Source of the DNA: Vibrio sp.
GTDB lineage: Bacteria; Pseudomonadota; Gammaproteobacteria; Enterobacterales; Vibrionaceae
Assembly: GCF_050299255.1 (NCBI RefSeq)
Contig: NZ_JBNKVP010000012.1
Location: 5,606 to 69,605 of the forward strand
DNA length: 64,000 nucleotides
Direction of reading: 5' to 3'
The notes under the pieces were generated by a model, which had not been told where the DNA came from, searched no databases, and saw nothing but the letters and a program-made list of their open reading frames with translations. This document shows positions 20,107 to 30,979 of the stretch, piece by piece (the stretch's first letter is position 1; each line of letters starts with the position of its first letter). Made by a program: the position numbers and the translations under genes.

Positions 20107-21042
20107 ATGAAAGTAGCCGTAATTGGTGCCGCAGGTGGCATCGGTCAAGCCCTAGCCCTATTACTAAAAAATCGTCTGCCAGCTGGTTCTGATCTGGCTC
20201 TGTACGACATCGCGCCAGTCACTCCTGGTGTGGCTGCCGATCTTAGCCACATCCCGACCCCTGTATCTATTAAAGGATACGCCGGTGAAGATCCAACTCC
20301 AGCACTGGAAGGCGCTGACGTGGTGCTGATCTCCGCGGGTGTTGCACGTAAACCAGGTATGGATCGTGCGGATCTTTTCAACGTTAATGCTGGCATCGTA
20401 AAAGCACTGGCAGAGAAAATCGCGGTTGTTTGTCCAACGGCGTGTATCGGCATTATCACGAACCCAGTAAACACCACTGTGCCAATTGCTGCTGAAGTAC
20501 TGAAAAAAGCCGGTGTGTATGACAAGCGTAAGCTGTTCGGTGTAACAACACTGGATGTAATCCGCTCTGAAACTTTCGTCGCGGATCTGAAAGATAAAGA
20601 TCCAGGCGATATCCGTGTACCAGTTATCGGTGGTCACTCGGGCGTAACCATTCTGCCGCTGTTGTCTCAGGTTGAAGGCGTAGAATTTACCGCAGAAGAG
20701 ATCGAAGCTCTGACCAAACGCATTCAGAACGCGGGTACAGAAGTTGTTGAAGCCAAAGCCGGTGGCGGCTCTGCTACTCTGTCCATGGGCCAGGCGGCAT
20801 GCCGTTTCGGTCTGTCTCTGGTTAAAGCGCTGCAAGGCGACAGCAATGTGGTTGAATGTGCTTATGTAGAAGGTGCCGGTGAACATGCTCCGTTCTTTGC
20901 ACAACCAATCAAACTGGGCAAAGATGGTATTGAAGAAATCCTGAGCTACGGCGCTATCAGCGAATATGAACAGGCCGCACTGGACGGCATGCTGGAAACG
21001 CTGCACGGTGATATCCAGGTCGGCGTTGATTTCGTCAAATAA
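20107..21042 (+). CDS. mdh: Malate dehydrogenase
   Basis: 311 aa with the [21 protein letters not shown] Rossmann motif and the [15 protein letters not shown] active-site region. Confidence 0.97.
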   Translation: MKVAVIGAAGGIGQALALLLKNRLPAGSDLALYDIAPVTPGVAADLSHIPTPVSIKGYAGEDPTPALEGADVVLISAGVARKPGMDRADLFNVNAGIVKALAEKIAVVCPTACIGIITNPVNTTVPIAAEVLKKAGVYDKRKLFGVTTLDVIRSETFVADLKDKDPGDIRVPVIGGHSGVTILPLLSQVEGVEFTAEEIEALTKRIQNAGTEVVEAKAGGGSATLSMGQAACRFGLSLVKALQGDSNVVECAYVEGAGEHAPFFAQPIKLGKDGIEEILSYGAISEYEQAALDGMLETLHGDIQVGVDFVK

Positions 21043-21061
21043 TCCGTTTGAGCTGTAATTA

Positions 21062-21090
21062 AAAGCCGATCATTACTGGTCGGCTTTTTT
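21062..21090 (+). terminator. Intrinsic terminator after mdh
   Basis: AAAGCCGATC-ATTACT-GGTCGGCTTTTTT. Confidence 0.88.
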
Positions 21091-21150
21091 GATCCTTACG
21101 ATCCGTCACACGTAAAAATAACTGTTGCTGCAGTCAAAGAGGAAATGATT

Positions 21151-21342
21151 ATGCGCATCAGTGAGATTAAAAAAGGTATGTGGTTGGAATGCGATCAAGG
21201 GGTAGGCCGGGTACTGGTGGTCGATGAACAGTCCGACAGTGTGCTGCTGGAACCACGTCACAGCCATGAGCAGTTGGCGTTACGTGCTGACGAAGTGCAC
21301 GATGATCCGCAACTGCATAATGGCTGTGATCAATACTACTAA
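21151..21342 (+). CDS. Small hypothetical protein (63 aa)
   Basis: The ORF is MRISEIKKGMWLECDQGVGRVLVVDEQSDSVLLEPRHSHEQLALRADEVHDDPQLHNGCDQYY. A good SD (AGAGGAAA) lies 5 nt before the ATG at 21151; the track start at 21145 sits too close to the SD. I recognise no family. Confidence 0.5.
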   Translation: MRISEIKKGMWLECDQGVGRVLVVDEQSDSVLLEPRHSHEQLALRADEVHDDPQLHNGCDQYY

Positions 21343-21367
21343 ATACTGATCAATTTACATTGTCTGG

Positions 21368-22339
21368 CTACTTGGTGCGCTGAACCGCCATGTGGGCCAG
21401 GGTAATCAGCGCCTGTTTATAGTCTGACTCCGGCAGGATGGCGAGGGCTTCAATCGCTTTGTCGGCTTCCTGTAGGGCTTTGTCGCGGGTGTAATCCAGT
21501 GATCCCCACTGCTCCATGGCGGCCAGTATCTCGTTTAGGCGCTCCATTCCATTTGACTTCTCTATCGCCTCACAAATCATCGCGGTCTGCTCCGGTGTGC
21601 CGTGGTGCATGGCGTGAAGTAAAGGCAGGGTAGGCTTACCTTCTGCTAAATCATCACCGACGTTCTTGCCCATTTCCTCGCCATCAGAGGTGTAGTCCAT
21701 CACGTCATCGATCAACTGGAACGCAGTACCGAGATAGCGACCGTAATCTTGCAACGCAGTTTCCACTTCAGCAGGCGCTTGATTCAAAATGGCACCGATC
21801 TGAGTGGCCGCTTCAAACAGGCGGGCGGTTTTCGAATATATCACCTGCATATAGCTGGCTTCGGTGGTGTTCGGATCGTTGCAGTTCATCAACTGCTGCA
21901 CTTCACCTTCGGCAATCACGTTTACCGCATCGCTCATCAGTTTAAGGATCTTCATTGATCCCAGTTCCGTCATCATCTGGAACGAGCGGGTGTAGATAAA
22001 GTCGCCGACCAGAACACTGGCGGCATTACCAAACGCGGCGTTCGCGGTCGCTTTACCCCGTCGCATGTCCGATTCGTCGACCACATCATCGTGCAACAGG
22101 GTCGCGGTATGGATAAATTCGATAAAGGCGGCCGAGGTGATGTGTCCCTGACCTTGATAGCCCAGCGCACGAGCAGACAAAATCGCCAACATCGGGCGCA
22201 GACGCTTGCCTCCACCGCTGACGATATAAAATCCCAATTGATTGATTAATGAGACATCTGAATTGAGCTGAGCTTGAATAGTTTCATTCACTTTTGCCAT
22301 ATCTTCGGCAGTCAGTGATTGGATGGCATTAAAATCCAT
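21368..22339 (-). CDS. ispB: Octaprenyl-diphosphate synthase
   Basis: The track ORF (to 22738) runs into rplU. The ATG at 22339 gives 323 aa starting MDFNAIQSLTAEDMAKVNETI, with the polyprenyl synthase motifs LLHDDVVDESDMRRG and QLIDDVMDYT. Confidence 0.93.
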   Translation of the reverse strand: MDFNAIQSLTAEDMAKVNETIQAQLNSDVSLINQLGFYIVSGGGKRLRPMLAILSARALGYQGQGHITSAAFIEFIHTATLLHDDVVDESDMRRGKATANAAFGNAASVLVGDFIYTRSFQMMTELGSMKILKLMSDAVNVIAEGEVQQLMNCNDPNTTEASYMQVIYSKTARLFEAATQIGAILNQAPAEVETALQDYGRYLGTAFQLIDDVMDYTSDGEEMGKNVGDDLAEGKPTLPLLHAMHHGTPEQTAMICEAIEKSNGMERLNEILAAMEQWGSLDYTRDKALQEADKAIEALAILPESDYKQALITLAHMAVQRTK

Positions 22340-22611
22340 GATAAATCCGGCTGAGGTTAGGACCTGTAAGGTGTTCTTATCTAATTTAATCGTTGAATAA
22401 TACACGAAAAAACGTTGATTAATACACGGGTTAGAGGCATGATTGCGGCACTTTTGTTTGGCGATTAGCTTTTCGCCAATTTTTTCAAAATTTGGCTTGT
22501 CATAGGGGCATCCTTTCTGTAGAATCTGCGCCCTATTGATGATTAGTTTAGCGCACACCCTTATTGCACAAATAAAACGCAACAGGCTGTGCGGAAAAAG
22601 CGGAGTAAAAT

Positions 22612-22923
22612 ATGTACGCTGTTTTCCAATCTGGTGGTAAACAACACCGTGTAAGCGAAGGTCAAACTCTTCGTTTAGAGAAATTAGACGTTGAAACTGG
22701 CGCAACTGTAGAATTTGATAAAGTTCTGCTGGTTGCAAATGGTGAAGACATTACAGTTGGTGCACCTCTGGTAGAGGGCGGTAAAGTTACTGCTGAAGTT
22801 GTACAACACGGTCGTGGCGATAAAGTAAAAATCGTTAAGTTCCGTCGTCGTAAGCACTCTCGTAAGCAGCAAGGTCACCGTCAGTGGTTCACTGAAGTGA
22901 AAATCACTGCTATCAACGCTTAA
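22612..22923 (+). CDS. rplU: 50S ribosomal protein L21
   Basis: 103 aa, starting [18 protein letters not shown]. Confidence 0.97.
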   Translation: MYAVFQSGGKQHRVSEGQTLRLEKLDVETGATVEFDKVLLVANGEDITVGAPLVEGGKVTAEVVQHGRGDKVKIVKFRRRKHSRKQQGHRQWFTEVKITAINA

Positions 22924-22931
22924 TTTAGTAG

Positions 22932-23201
<270 letters not shown>

Positions 23202-23227
23202 TTTTAGTTTCTAGCTGAATTCAAAAG

Positions 23228-23254
23228 CCCTGCCGATTCGGCGGGGTTTTTTAT
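23228..23254 (+). terminator. Intrinsic terminator after rpmA
   Basis: CCCTGCCG-ATT-CGGCGGGG followed by TTTTTTATTT. Confidence 0.88.
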
Positions 23255-23362
23255 TTACAGCAGTGGGCAGAGCCAAGCCTCTAGAGAATGGGAGCTGGGA
23301 TCTGTCATCTGCTAAAATTGTGGCAAGTAGCAAACATGCTACGCACGCAGTAGCCGGAGTGA

Positions 23363-24544
<1,182 letters not shown>

Positions 24545-24570
24545 TCGTGGAATCTTAATTGCCTTATTTA

Positions 24571-24600
24571 GCCCGAGCACGCTGTGTTCGGGCTTTTTTA
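24571..24600 (+). terminator. Intrinsic terminator after obg
   Basis: GCCCGAGCAC-GCT-GTGTTCGGGC followed by TTTTTTATT. Confidence 0.88.
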
Positions 24601-24635
24601 TTGCTGAGGGCATTTTCATCAGCCGCGAGTTATCA

Positions 24636-24651
24636 ATATCTGTACAGATAT
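24636..24651. promoter_or_regulatory. 16-bp perfect palindrome, candidate operator upstream of the yjjP-like gene
   Basis: ATATCTGTACAGATAT lies 112 nt upstream of the ATG. A second palindrome, ATAGATATCTAT (24753-24764), shares the ATATCT/AGATAT half-site and overlaps the start codon. Confidence 0.4.
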
Positions 24652-24762
24652 CGGCGTAATTTATTGCTATGAATCAAACAACGTCTGGATCACAGTACAG
24701 CTTATCGATGACTGCAGGTAGTATGATAGGCCTGAAATTTAACCAATGAACAATAGATATCT

Positions 24763-25530
24763 ATGCAGTCCAAACAAAGAGCAATTTCACGGTTAGTCGC
24801 CAAGGCGGGGCAAATGATGCTGGCTCATGGAGCGGAAAGTACCCTGGTTGGGGACATTATGCGTAGGATTGGGCTGGCCAGTGGTATGAGCGAAGTAGAA
24901 GTTGCCTTGTCGGCCAATGCATTGACCGTCACCACACTGATGAATGATCACTGTATCACCACTACTCGTAGCTGCGCCGACCGTGGTATCAACATGCGGG
25001 TGATCACCCAGATCCAGCGTATCTGCATCATGATGGAAAAAGGCATCCTTGACTACGATTTGGCAAAGAAAAAACTCGATGCGATCAGTCCGGAGCGTTA
25101 CAACCGCTGGCTGGTGGTGTGGATGATCGGCCTGTCGTGTGCTTCCTTTAGCCGCCTGGCGGGTGGTGACTGGTCAGTGTTTGCCATGACTTTTATCGCC
25201 TCGGCGGTGGGAATGGTGGTGCGGCAGGAAATCGGCCACCGCCATTTTAACCCGTTGCTCAATTTTGCTATGACCGCATTTGTCACTACGCTGATCTCTG
25301 CTCAGGCGGTGATATTTGCTATCGGCAATCTGCCGACCGTGGTGATGGCATCTTCTGTGCTGATGCTGGTGCCGGGGTTCCCGTTGATCAACTCAGTGGC
25401 GGATATGCTGAAAGGGCACATCAATATGGGCATCGCCCGCTTTGTGATGGCAAGCCTGCTGACCCTGGCGACGTGCTTGGGGATTGTCGGCGCAATGGGC
25501 GTAACTGGCGTCTGGGGGTGGATGAACTGA
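24763..25530 (+). CDS. yjjP: ThrE/YjjP-family exporter subunit
   Basis: 255 aa. The N-terminal soluble part (GAESTLVGDIMRRIG) followed by TM helices is typical of the threonine/serine exporter family, which is paired with YjjB. Confidence 0.82.
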   Translation: MQSKQRAISRLVAKAGQMMLAHGAESTLVGDIMRRIGLASGMSEVEVALSANALTVTTLMNDHCITTTRSCADRGINMRVITQIQRICIMMEKGILDYDLAKKKLDAISPERYNRWLVVWMIGLSCASFSRLAGGDWSVFAMTFIASAVGMVVRQEIGHRHFNPLLNFAMTAFVTTLISAQAVIFAIGNLPTVVMASSVLMLVPGFPLINSVADMLKGHINMGIARFVMASLLTLATCLGIVGAMGVTGVWGWMN

Positions 25531-26003
25531 TGTCGTACTGGCAATTATTGTTAAACCTGGCCAATGATATGGCGTTTGCCGCAATACCCGCTGTGGGTTT
25601 TGCTCTGGTGTTTAATGTTCCGCAGAAAGCGCTGATCTACTGCGCGGTCGGCGGCGCTCTTGGCCATGGCAGCCGTTATCTGATGCTGCAATTTGGTGTG
25701 CCGATCGAATGGGCGACACTATTCGCCGCCACGCTGGTAGGGATGATCGGGGTTCACTGGTCGCATAGATTCCTTGCCCACCCGAAGGTGTTTACCGTTG
25801 CGGCGTTGATTCCGATGGTCCCCGGTGTGTACGCCTTTAAGGCCATGATTGCCATGGTGGAAATTCAACAGTCTGGCTACAGTCCGGAGCTGGTGGCGCT
25901 CTGCCTGGAAAATTTCCTCAAAGCGATGTTCATTATTGCCGGCCTGGCTATTGGCCTGGCGATGCCCGGACTGTTATTCTACCGCCGCCGTCCGGTGGTA
26001 TAA
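25530..26003 (+). CDS. yjjB: YjjB-family membrane protein (ThrE-family partner)
   Basis: The track ORF starts at 25473 inside yjjP. The ATG at 25530 overlaps the yjjP TGA by 1 nt and gives a 157-aa, 4-TM protein starting MSYWQLLLNLANDMAFAAIPAVGFALVFNVP. Confidence 0.82.
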   Translation: MSYWQLLLNLANDMAFAAIPAVGFALVFNVPQKALIYCAVGGALGHGSRYLMLQFGVPIEWATLFAATLVGMIGVHWSHRFLAHPKVFTVAALIPMVPGVYAFKAMIAMVEIQQSGYSPELVALCLENFLKAMFIIAGLAIGLAMPGLLFYRRRPVV

Positions 26004-26049
26004 GCCGCCTGGCGAATGCAATGACAACGTCAGTGAACAGGAAATGGAA

Positions 26050-26538
26050 ATGATCATCAGTATGATAGCCGCAATGGCGAACGATCGGGTTATTGGCAAA
26101 GACAATCAGATGCCATGGCACTTACCGGCAGATTTTGCCTGGTTTAAACGTTGTACGCTGGGTAAGCCGGTAGTGATGGGGCGGAAAACTTATCAGTCGA
26201 TTGGGCGCCCGCTACCCGGACGCACTAATATTGTCATCAGCCGGGATGCTGACCTGCAGATCGACGGGGTGACCACAGTGACATCGTTCGAAGAGGCGCT
26301 GCAAGCGGCCGGTGAAGTGGATGAAGTGATGGTGATCGGCGGCGGTTCTATCTATCAGAGTTGCCTGGAGTTGGCTGACAAACTGTATCTGACCTTTATT
26401 GACTTACAGGTTGACGGTGATACCTGCTTTCCCGATTGGGGCGACGGCTGGCAAGAGACCCACCGAGAGCATTACGCTGCCGATGAACGAAATGCCCACG
26501 ATATGCAGTTTGTGGTGTTACAGCGAGTCGCTGGTTAA
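26050..26538 (+). CDS. folA: Dihydrofolate reductase
   Basis: The track ORF starts at 25849 inside yjjB. The ATG at 26050 (SD AGGAAA upstream) gives 162 aa, MIISMIAAMANDRVIGKDNQMPWHLPADFAWFK, collinear with E. coli FolA. The ATG at 26044 is an alternative start. Confidence 0.93.
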   Translation: MIISMIAAMANDRVIGKDNQMPWHLPADFAWFKRCTLGKPVVMGRKTYQSIGRPLPGRTNIVISRDADLQIDGVTTVTSFEEALQAAGEVDEVMVIGGGSIYQSCLELADKLYLTFIDLQVDGDTCFPDWGDGWQETHREHYAADERNAHDMQFVVLQRVAG

Positions 26539-26539
26539 A

Positions 26540-27355
26540 TCATTCCTCTGCTGTCAGGGCGGGCTGAACAAAGTAACGCCTATCTTCCCAGCGTAACATG
26601 GTCATGGTTCCGCCCCAGACACAGCCGGTATCCAGACCGATCACATCCTTGTCCTGGTAACCATCTAAGGCGGCCCAATGGCCGAACACGACCGTCTTCT
26701 TCAATGTCTGGCGAACCGGACAGCTAAACCAGGGGGTCAGCAGCTTTGGGTTCACTTCGGCGGGAGGAAGTTTGCAGAGCATGTCCAGTCTGCCGTCCGG
26801 GTGACAAAATCGCATTCGGGTGAAGGCATTGATGATATAGCGATAGCGGGCGATCCCGTCTAAGTCATTGTGCCACTGATCCGGGCTGTTACTGTACATG
26901 TGGCGTATCAGCCACTGCCAGCGGTCACTGCGTAATACTTGTTCCACTTCCCTTGCTGCCGCTCTGGCCTGTTTTAGTTTCCAAATCGGGGAGATACCGG
27001 CGTGGCACAGTACAAAGTCGTCATGTTCTGCGAGCAGCGGCTGCTGACGCAACCAATCCAGCAGCGATTGTTTGTCTTCGGCTGCAAATATCGCTGCGGT
27101 TTTGTCTTTGGCTTTGACCTTATGGATGCCGAGCGATACCGCCAGCAAATGCAGGTCATGATTGCCCAGTACAACGTGGGCGTTGTCGCCGAGGGATTTG
27201 ATAAAGCGTAGGGTTTGCAGTGATTTAGGCCCACGGGCTACCAAATCGCCGGCAATCCAGAGCTGATCGTGACTGGGATCGAATTCGACCCGTTTCAGCA
27301 GTAACTGCAGTTCATCCAGGCAGCCCTGAATATCTCCAACCAGGTATGTGGCCAA
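26540..27355 (-). CDS. apaH: Bis(5'-nucleosyl)-tetraphosphatase, symmetrical
   Basis: 271 aa with MATYLVGDIQGC, GDLVARGP and GNHD metallophosphatase motifs. Confidence 0.95.
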   Translation of the reverse strand: MATYLVGDIQGCLDELQLLLKRVEFDPSHDQLWIAGDLVARGPKSLQTLRFIKSLGDNAHVVLGNHDLHLLAVSLGIHKVKAKDKTAAIFAAEDKQSLLDWLRQQPLLAEHDDFVLCHAGISPIWKLKQARAAAREVEQVLRSDRWQWLIRHMYSNSPDQWHNDLDGIARYRYIINAFTRMRFCHPDGRLDMLCKLPPAEVNPKLLTPWFSCPVRQTLKKTVVFGHWAALDGYQDKDVIGLDTGCVWGGTMTMLRWEDRRYFVQPALTAEE

Positions 27356-27399
27356 GCTAGTTTCCTATTTTCGTCGCTATCAATTATTCAAGAATGCGG

Positions 27400-27780
27400 T
27401 TAATTGAGCATATTCGGCACTGCCAGACGAAACGGCTCGATTTCGGCGTGAAACTCTGAACCGGCCTCATCGATCATGACGTAATGGCCTTGCATCACTC
27501 CGACCGGGGTATCCAGTGCGGTACCGCTGGTATAGGTATAGTCATCGTTGGCTTCGATCTCCGGCTGTTGACCAACCACACCATCACCTTCCACCGTAAC
27601 CTGGCGGCCGTTAGCATCGGTGATCAGCCAGCGACGGCTGAGCAGCTGCACTTTCTGTTGGCTAAGGTTTTTGATAGTAATGATGTAAGCGAAGATATAG
27701 CGTTTTTGCTCAGGAGAGGACTGTTCAGGAACGTACTTGGTCTGGACTTGAATTTTAATACAGGGCTGAGAGATGGGCAT
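27400..27780 (-). CDS. apaG: ApaG protein
   Basis: The ATG at 27780 is preceded by AAGGAG and gives 126 aa. The track start at 27798 adds 6 codons. The protein contains the ApaG/DUF525 motif FAYIITIKN...[10 protein letters not shown]. Confidence 0.92.
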   Translation of the reverse strand: MPISQPCIKIQVQTKYVPEQSSPEQKRYIFAYIITIKNLSQQKVQLLSRRWLITDANGRQVTVEGDGVVGQQPEIEANDDYTYTSGTALDTPVGVMQGHYVMIDEAGSEFHAEIEPFRLAVPNMLN

Positions 27781-27803
27781 AGCGACTCCTTTGCTCAAGT
27801 AGA

Positions 27804-27824
27804 GGTAAGGGCAGTGCCCTTACC
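27804..27824 (-). other. 9-bp GC-rich stem-loop between rsmA and apaG
   Basis: GGTAAGGGC-AGT-GCCCTTACC with no T-run. It is a candidate intra-operon processing or stability element. Confidence 0.45.
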
Positions 27825-27834
27825 TGTTGTTCCA

Positions 27835-28638
27835 TCAGTGATTGGCGTCCAGCCAGTTGGCCATTGCCACAAACTGTTCCAGGGTCAGGTTTTCCGGCCG
27901 CATCGCCGGATTGACGCCTAGCTGTTCGAGTACTTCGACGTCCATCAGGGATTTATAGCAGTTTCTGACCGTTTTACGGCGCTGGTTAAATCCGTCGCGA
28001 CAAACCCTGTCCAGCCATTTTAAGCTGGTGGCAGGGTAGGGCAGTTGCTCATAAGGTACTAAACGGACCACGGCGGAATCAACTTTCGGCGGCGGTACAA
28101 ATGCCGTTGGTGGCACTTCCAGAACCGGAATCACTTTACAGTAGTATTGTGCCATCACGGTTAAGCGCCCGTAAGCCTTACTACCGGGACCGGCTGCCAG
28201 ACGATTTACCACCTCTTTTTGCAGCATAAAGTGCATATCCTGGATTTCACCATGAAATTCAAACAGGTGGAACATCAGCGGGGTGGAAATGTTATACGGC
28301 AGGTTGCCGAAAATGCGCAATTTGTTGTTGGGCTTGACCAGTTGGCTGAAGTCGAAGCGCATCGCATCCCCTTCATGGATGGTCAGCTTGTCGCCCAGAT
28401 CCGGATGATTACGCAGGCGCTCAGCCAGGTCGCGGTCCAGTTCGATGACGGTAAACTTATCCACTTCTTTACCGACCGGTTCAGTGATCGCCCCCAGGCC
28501 CGGACCGATCTCGACCAGATTCTGCCCCGGCTTAGGGTTAATGGCCGAAACAATGCCATCGATAATATACGGATCGTTTAGAAAGTTCTGACCAAAACGT
28601 TTACGCGCTTTGTGTCCTAAGTGGACATCATTTCTCAT
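27835..28638 (-). CDS. rsmA: 16S rRNA (adenine1518/1519-N6)-dimethyltransferase
   Basis: 267 aa with KRFGQNFL and the [15 protein letters not shown]-binding motif. Confidence 0.96.
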   Translation of the reverse strand: MRNDVHLGHKARKRFGQNFLNDPYIIDGIVSAINPKPGQNLVEIGPGLGAITEPVGKEVDKFTVIELDRDLAERLRNHPDLGDKLTIHEGDAMRFDFSQLVKPNNKLRIFGNLPYNISTPLMFHLFEFHGEIQDMHFMLQKEVVNRLAAGPGSKAYGRLTVMAQYYCKVIPVLEVPPTAFVPPPKVDSAVVRLVPYEQLPYPATSLKWLDRVCRDGFNQRRKTVRNCYKSLMDVEVLEQLGVNPAMRPENLTLEQFVAMANWLDANH

Positions 28639-28650
28639 AGTGTTCTCAGT

Positions 28651-29643
28651 TTAATTGGTTCTTTTTTCAGCAAGTTCGATCGCATGGCGCAGCGCTGTAG
28701 TGAAACTTCCTGTATCGGCAGTGCCGGTGCCCGCTAACTCCAGTGCGGTACCATGGTCGACTGAGGTACGAATAAAGGGCAAACCTAAAGTGATGTTTAC
28801 CGAACGGCCAAAGCCTTTGTATTTCAGTACCGGTAATACCTGATCATGATACATGCCTAAAACGGCGTCCGCATCCTGAAGGTATTTTTCGTTAAATATA
28901 GTATCAGCAGGCAAAGGGCCAACCAGATTGATGCCATCACGCTGACGAATCATTTCCAGTGTCGGGGTGATGGTTTCGATCTCTTCCCGGCCCAGACAGC
29001 CGTCTTCACCAGCATGAGGATTGAGGCCACAGACGTAAATGGTCGGATGCTCAATGGCGAATTTTTCGACCAGGTCACGGTGCAGGATGGCGATAATACT
29101 TTCCAGACGCTCAGGTGTCACGGCTTTTGATACATAGGCCAGCGGAATGTGTGTCGTGACCAGCGCGACTCGCAGTCCTTCGGTCGCCAACATCATCACC
29201 ACCAGTGGCGTGCTGGACTTTTCGGCAAAAAACTCTGTATGGCCGCTAAACGCTACGCCAGCTCGGTTGATTACGCCTTTATGCACCGGCCCGGTAACCA
29301 CCGCATCGAATTCATCGTCCATACAGCCGTAGGCCGCACGTTCCAGCGTACTCAGTACATAATGGCCGTTGCGTTCATCCAACTGGCCTGCGACACAAGG
29401 CTCGGCTAATGGGATATGTTCAACAAACAGCATGCCTTGGCGGCTGGGCTCAGGGGCGGAATCTGAGTCGTAAGCAACCAACTCGACCGGCAGACCCAGT
29501 AGCTCGGCTCGCTCAGCCAACAGGTTTTTATCGGCGCATACCACGATTTGGTGTGGCCAGTCCTGCTGGGCCAGCGAAAGGGCCAGATCCGGTCCGATAC
29601 CGGCTGGTTCGCCAGCGGTGACAACGATTCGCTTAGTTGCCAT
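28651..29643 (-). CDS. pdxA: 4-hydroxythreonine-4-phosphate dehydrogenase
   Basis: The ATG at 29643 ([19 protein letters not shown]) gives 330 aa; the track start at 29658 adds 5 codons. The gene overlaps the surA 3' end by 11 nt. Confidence 0.93.
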   Translation of the reverse strand: MATKRIVVTAGEPAGIGPDLALSLAQQDWPHQIVVCADKNLLAERAELLGLPVELVAYDSDSAPEPSRQGMLFVEHIPLAEPCVAGQLDERNGHYVLSTLERAAYGCMDDEFDAVVTGPVHKGVINRAGVAFSGHTEFFAEKSSTPLVVMMLATEGLRVALVTTHIPLAYVSKAVTPERLESIIAILHRDLVEKFAIEHPTIYVCGLNPHAGEDGCLGREEIETITPTLEMIRQRDGINLVGPLPADTIFNEKYLQDADAVLGMYHDQVLPVLKYKGFGRSVNITLGLPFIRTSVDHGTALELAGTGTADTGSFTTALRHAIELAEKRTN

Positions 29644-30928
29644 CGTTACTGTCCTCAATCTTTTCTACATAGGCACTGGCGCGGATTTCCTGCATCCAGG
29701 CCCCTGCTTCATCATTAAATTTACGGTTAAACAGAATTTGGTAGGCTTTATTTTTCAAAGCAGAATCGGTGCGGTCTACTTCCCGGCGGCCGAGCACTTC
29801 GACAATGTGCCAGCCATGGGCGGTTTTGAACGGCTGGCTGATTTCACCGATGGGCAGTACTTCAAGCTGATGTTTGAACTCTGGTACGTACAGATCCGGG
29901 GTCTGATATCCCAGTTCGCCGTCCTGGGCCGCGGAGCCCTGATCCTGGCTAAATTGCTGTGCCAGCTGGGCAAAAGTCGCTTCTCCGGATTTTATTTGTT
30001 CAATGTAGCCATTGAGTAGCTGCTGAGCGCCTTCATCGCTCAGAATCACCGTCGGTTTGATCAGAATATGGCGCGCGTTAACTTCAGTCACGGCGACAGT
30101 TTCCAGCCCTTGGATGTCTTCGATCTTCAGGATATGGAAACCAACCCCGCTGCGGAACGGACCGATGATGCTGCCCTTATTCTGCAGTTTGATCTGGTCG
30201 GCAAAGATGGTCGGCATCTCTTCTTTGCGCATCCAGCCCCAATCACCGCCCTGTAGCGCTTTCGGCCCTTTAGAATAGGTGTAGGCCATAGTGGCAAAGT
30301 CTTCGCCATCTTTGAGTTGCTCAACCAACTTTTTTGCTTGTTGCTCTAGCTGGCTTTTATCTTCACCATCTTTGAATCGCAGCTGAATGTGAGCGATTTT
30401 GTATTGCACCTCGGCGTTAGTTTCCTGGGCTAACGCTTCGGCCAGATTATCGACTTCGGCGGGAAGGATATTCACTCGCTGGCGCACTAGGGCATTGCGT
30501 GCTTCGCTGGCGGCGATCTCTTTACGCACCTGTTCACGGAACTCCGGATAGGTCAAACCTTCTTCACTGAGTGAAGCCGTCAGCTGTTCAACGGTCTGAT
30601 TGTTGTTTCTGGCAATATCGGCAATCGCGTCATTCAGCCGGTTATCATCGACTCGAACGCCGATTCGATCGGCTTCCTGCTCCTGGATAGTGTCCAGGAT
30701 CAGTTTCTCTACCACCTGATCGTAAAGGACATCATCATCGGGCAAGGCCTGGCCGTTTTTTTTCGCGGTGGCTTTCACTGTGATCAGCGCGGTATCCACA
30801 TCACTTTGCAAAATCACACCGCCATTGACGATCACCGCGACCTTATCCAGCGGCTGTGGTGCGGCCGAAGCCAGTGAAATTGAGCAAGTGGCCAGAATTC
30901 CCATCAGGGTAGCTTTCCAAAGTCTCAT
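29633..30928 (-). CDS. surA: Periplasmic chaperone / peptidyl-prolyl isomerase SurA
   Basis: 431 aa with a signal peptide ([10 protein letters not shown]) and two parvulin domains (GWMRKEEMP..., [13 protein letters not shown]). Confidence 0.95.
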   Translation of the reverse strand: MRLWKATLMGILATCSISLASAAPQPLDKVAVIVNGGVILQSDVDTALITVKATAKKNGQALPDDDVLYDQVVEKLILDTIQEQEADRIGVRVDDNRLNDAIADIARNNNQTVEQLTASLSEEGLTYPEFREQVRKEIAASEARNALVRQRVNILPAEVDNLAEALAQETNAEVQYKIAHIQLRFKDGEDKSQLEQQAKKLVEQLKDGEDFATMAYTYSKGPKALQGGDWGWMRKEEMPTIFADQIKLQNKGSIIGPFRSGVGFHILKIEDIQGLETVAVTEVNARHILIKPTVILSDEGAQQLLNGYIEQIKSGEATFAQLAQQFSQDQGSAAQDGELGYQTPDLYVPEFKHQLEVLPIGEISQPFKTAHGWHIVEVLGRREVDRTDSALKNKAYQILFNRKFNDEAGAWMQEIRASAYVEKIEDSNDGN

Positions 30929-30979
30929 GTGTATTCCTATTTGAAACGGCCCGCTAAGTTGATCGGCGGGCGGAAAATA

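Noticed and set aside
20164-21006. Long antisense ORFs opposite highly expressed or long genes: 280 aa opposite mdh, 260 aa at 42559-43341 opposite rapA, 250 aa at 44580-45332, 245 aa at 53719-54456 opposite mutS, 253 aa at 56760-57521, 235 aa at 61989-62696 opposite alaS, and 197 aa at 46911-47504 opposite valS.
   Set aside because: Each lies fully inside a confidently identified gene on the other strand. Their translations are low-complexity and Arg/Gln/Phe-rich, they lack SD sequences, and they are the usual shadow frames produced by codon bias. They show nothing suggesting real overlapping genes.
21368-22738. N-terminal extensions in track ORFs. The ispB ORF extends to 456 aa and overlaps rplU. 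Similar extensions affect mreD, the TAXI receptor, yjjB, folA, apaG, pdxA, pyrI, pyrB, PIN-PhoH, valS, pepA, lptF and recA.
   Set aside because: The extensions lack SD sequences and overlap neighbouring genes or regulatory hairpins. Internal starts give N-termini collinear with known orthologues and have good SDs. These are treated as longest-ORF artefacts, not unusual isoforms.
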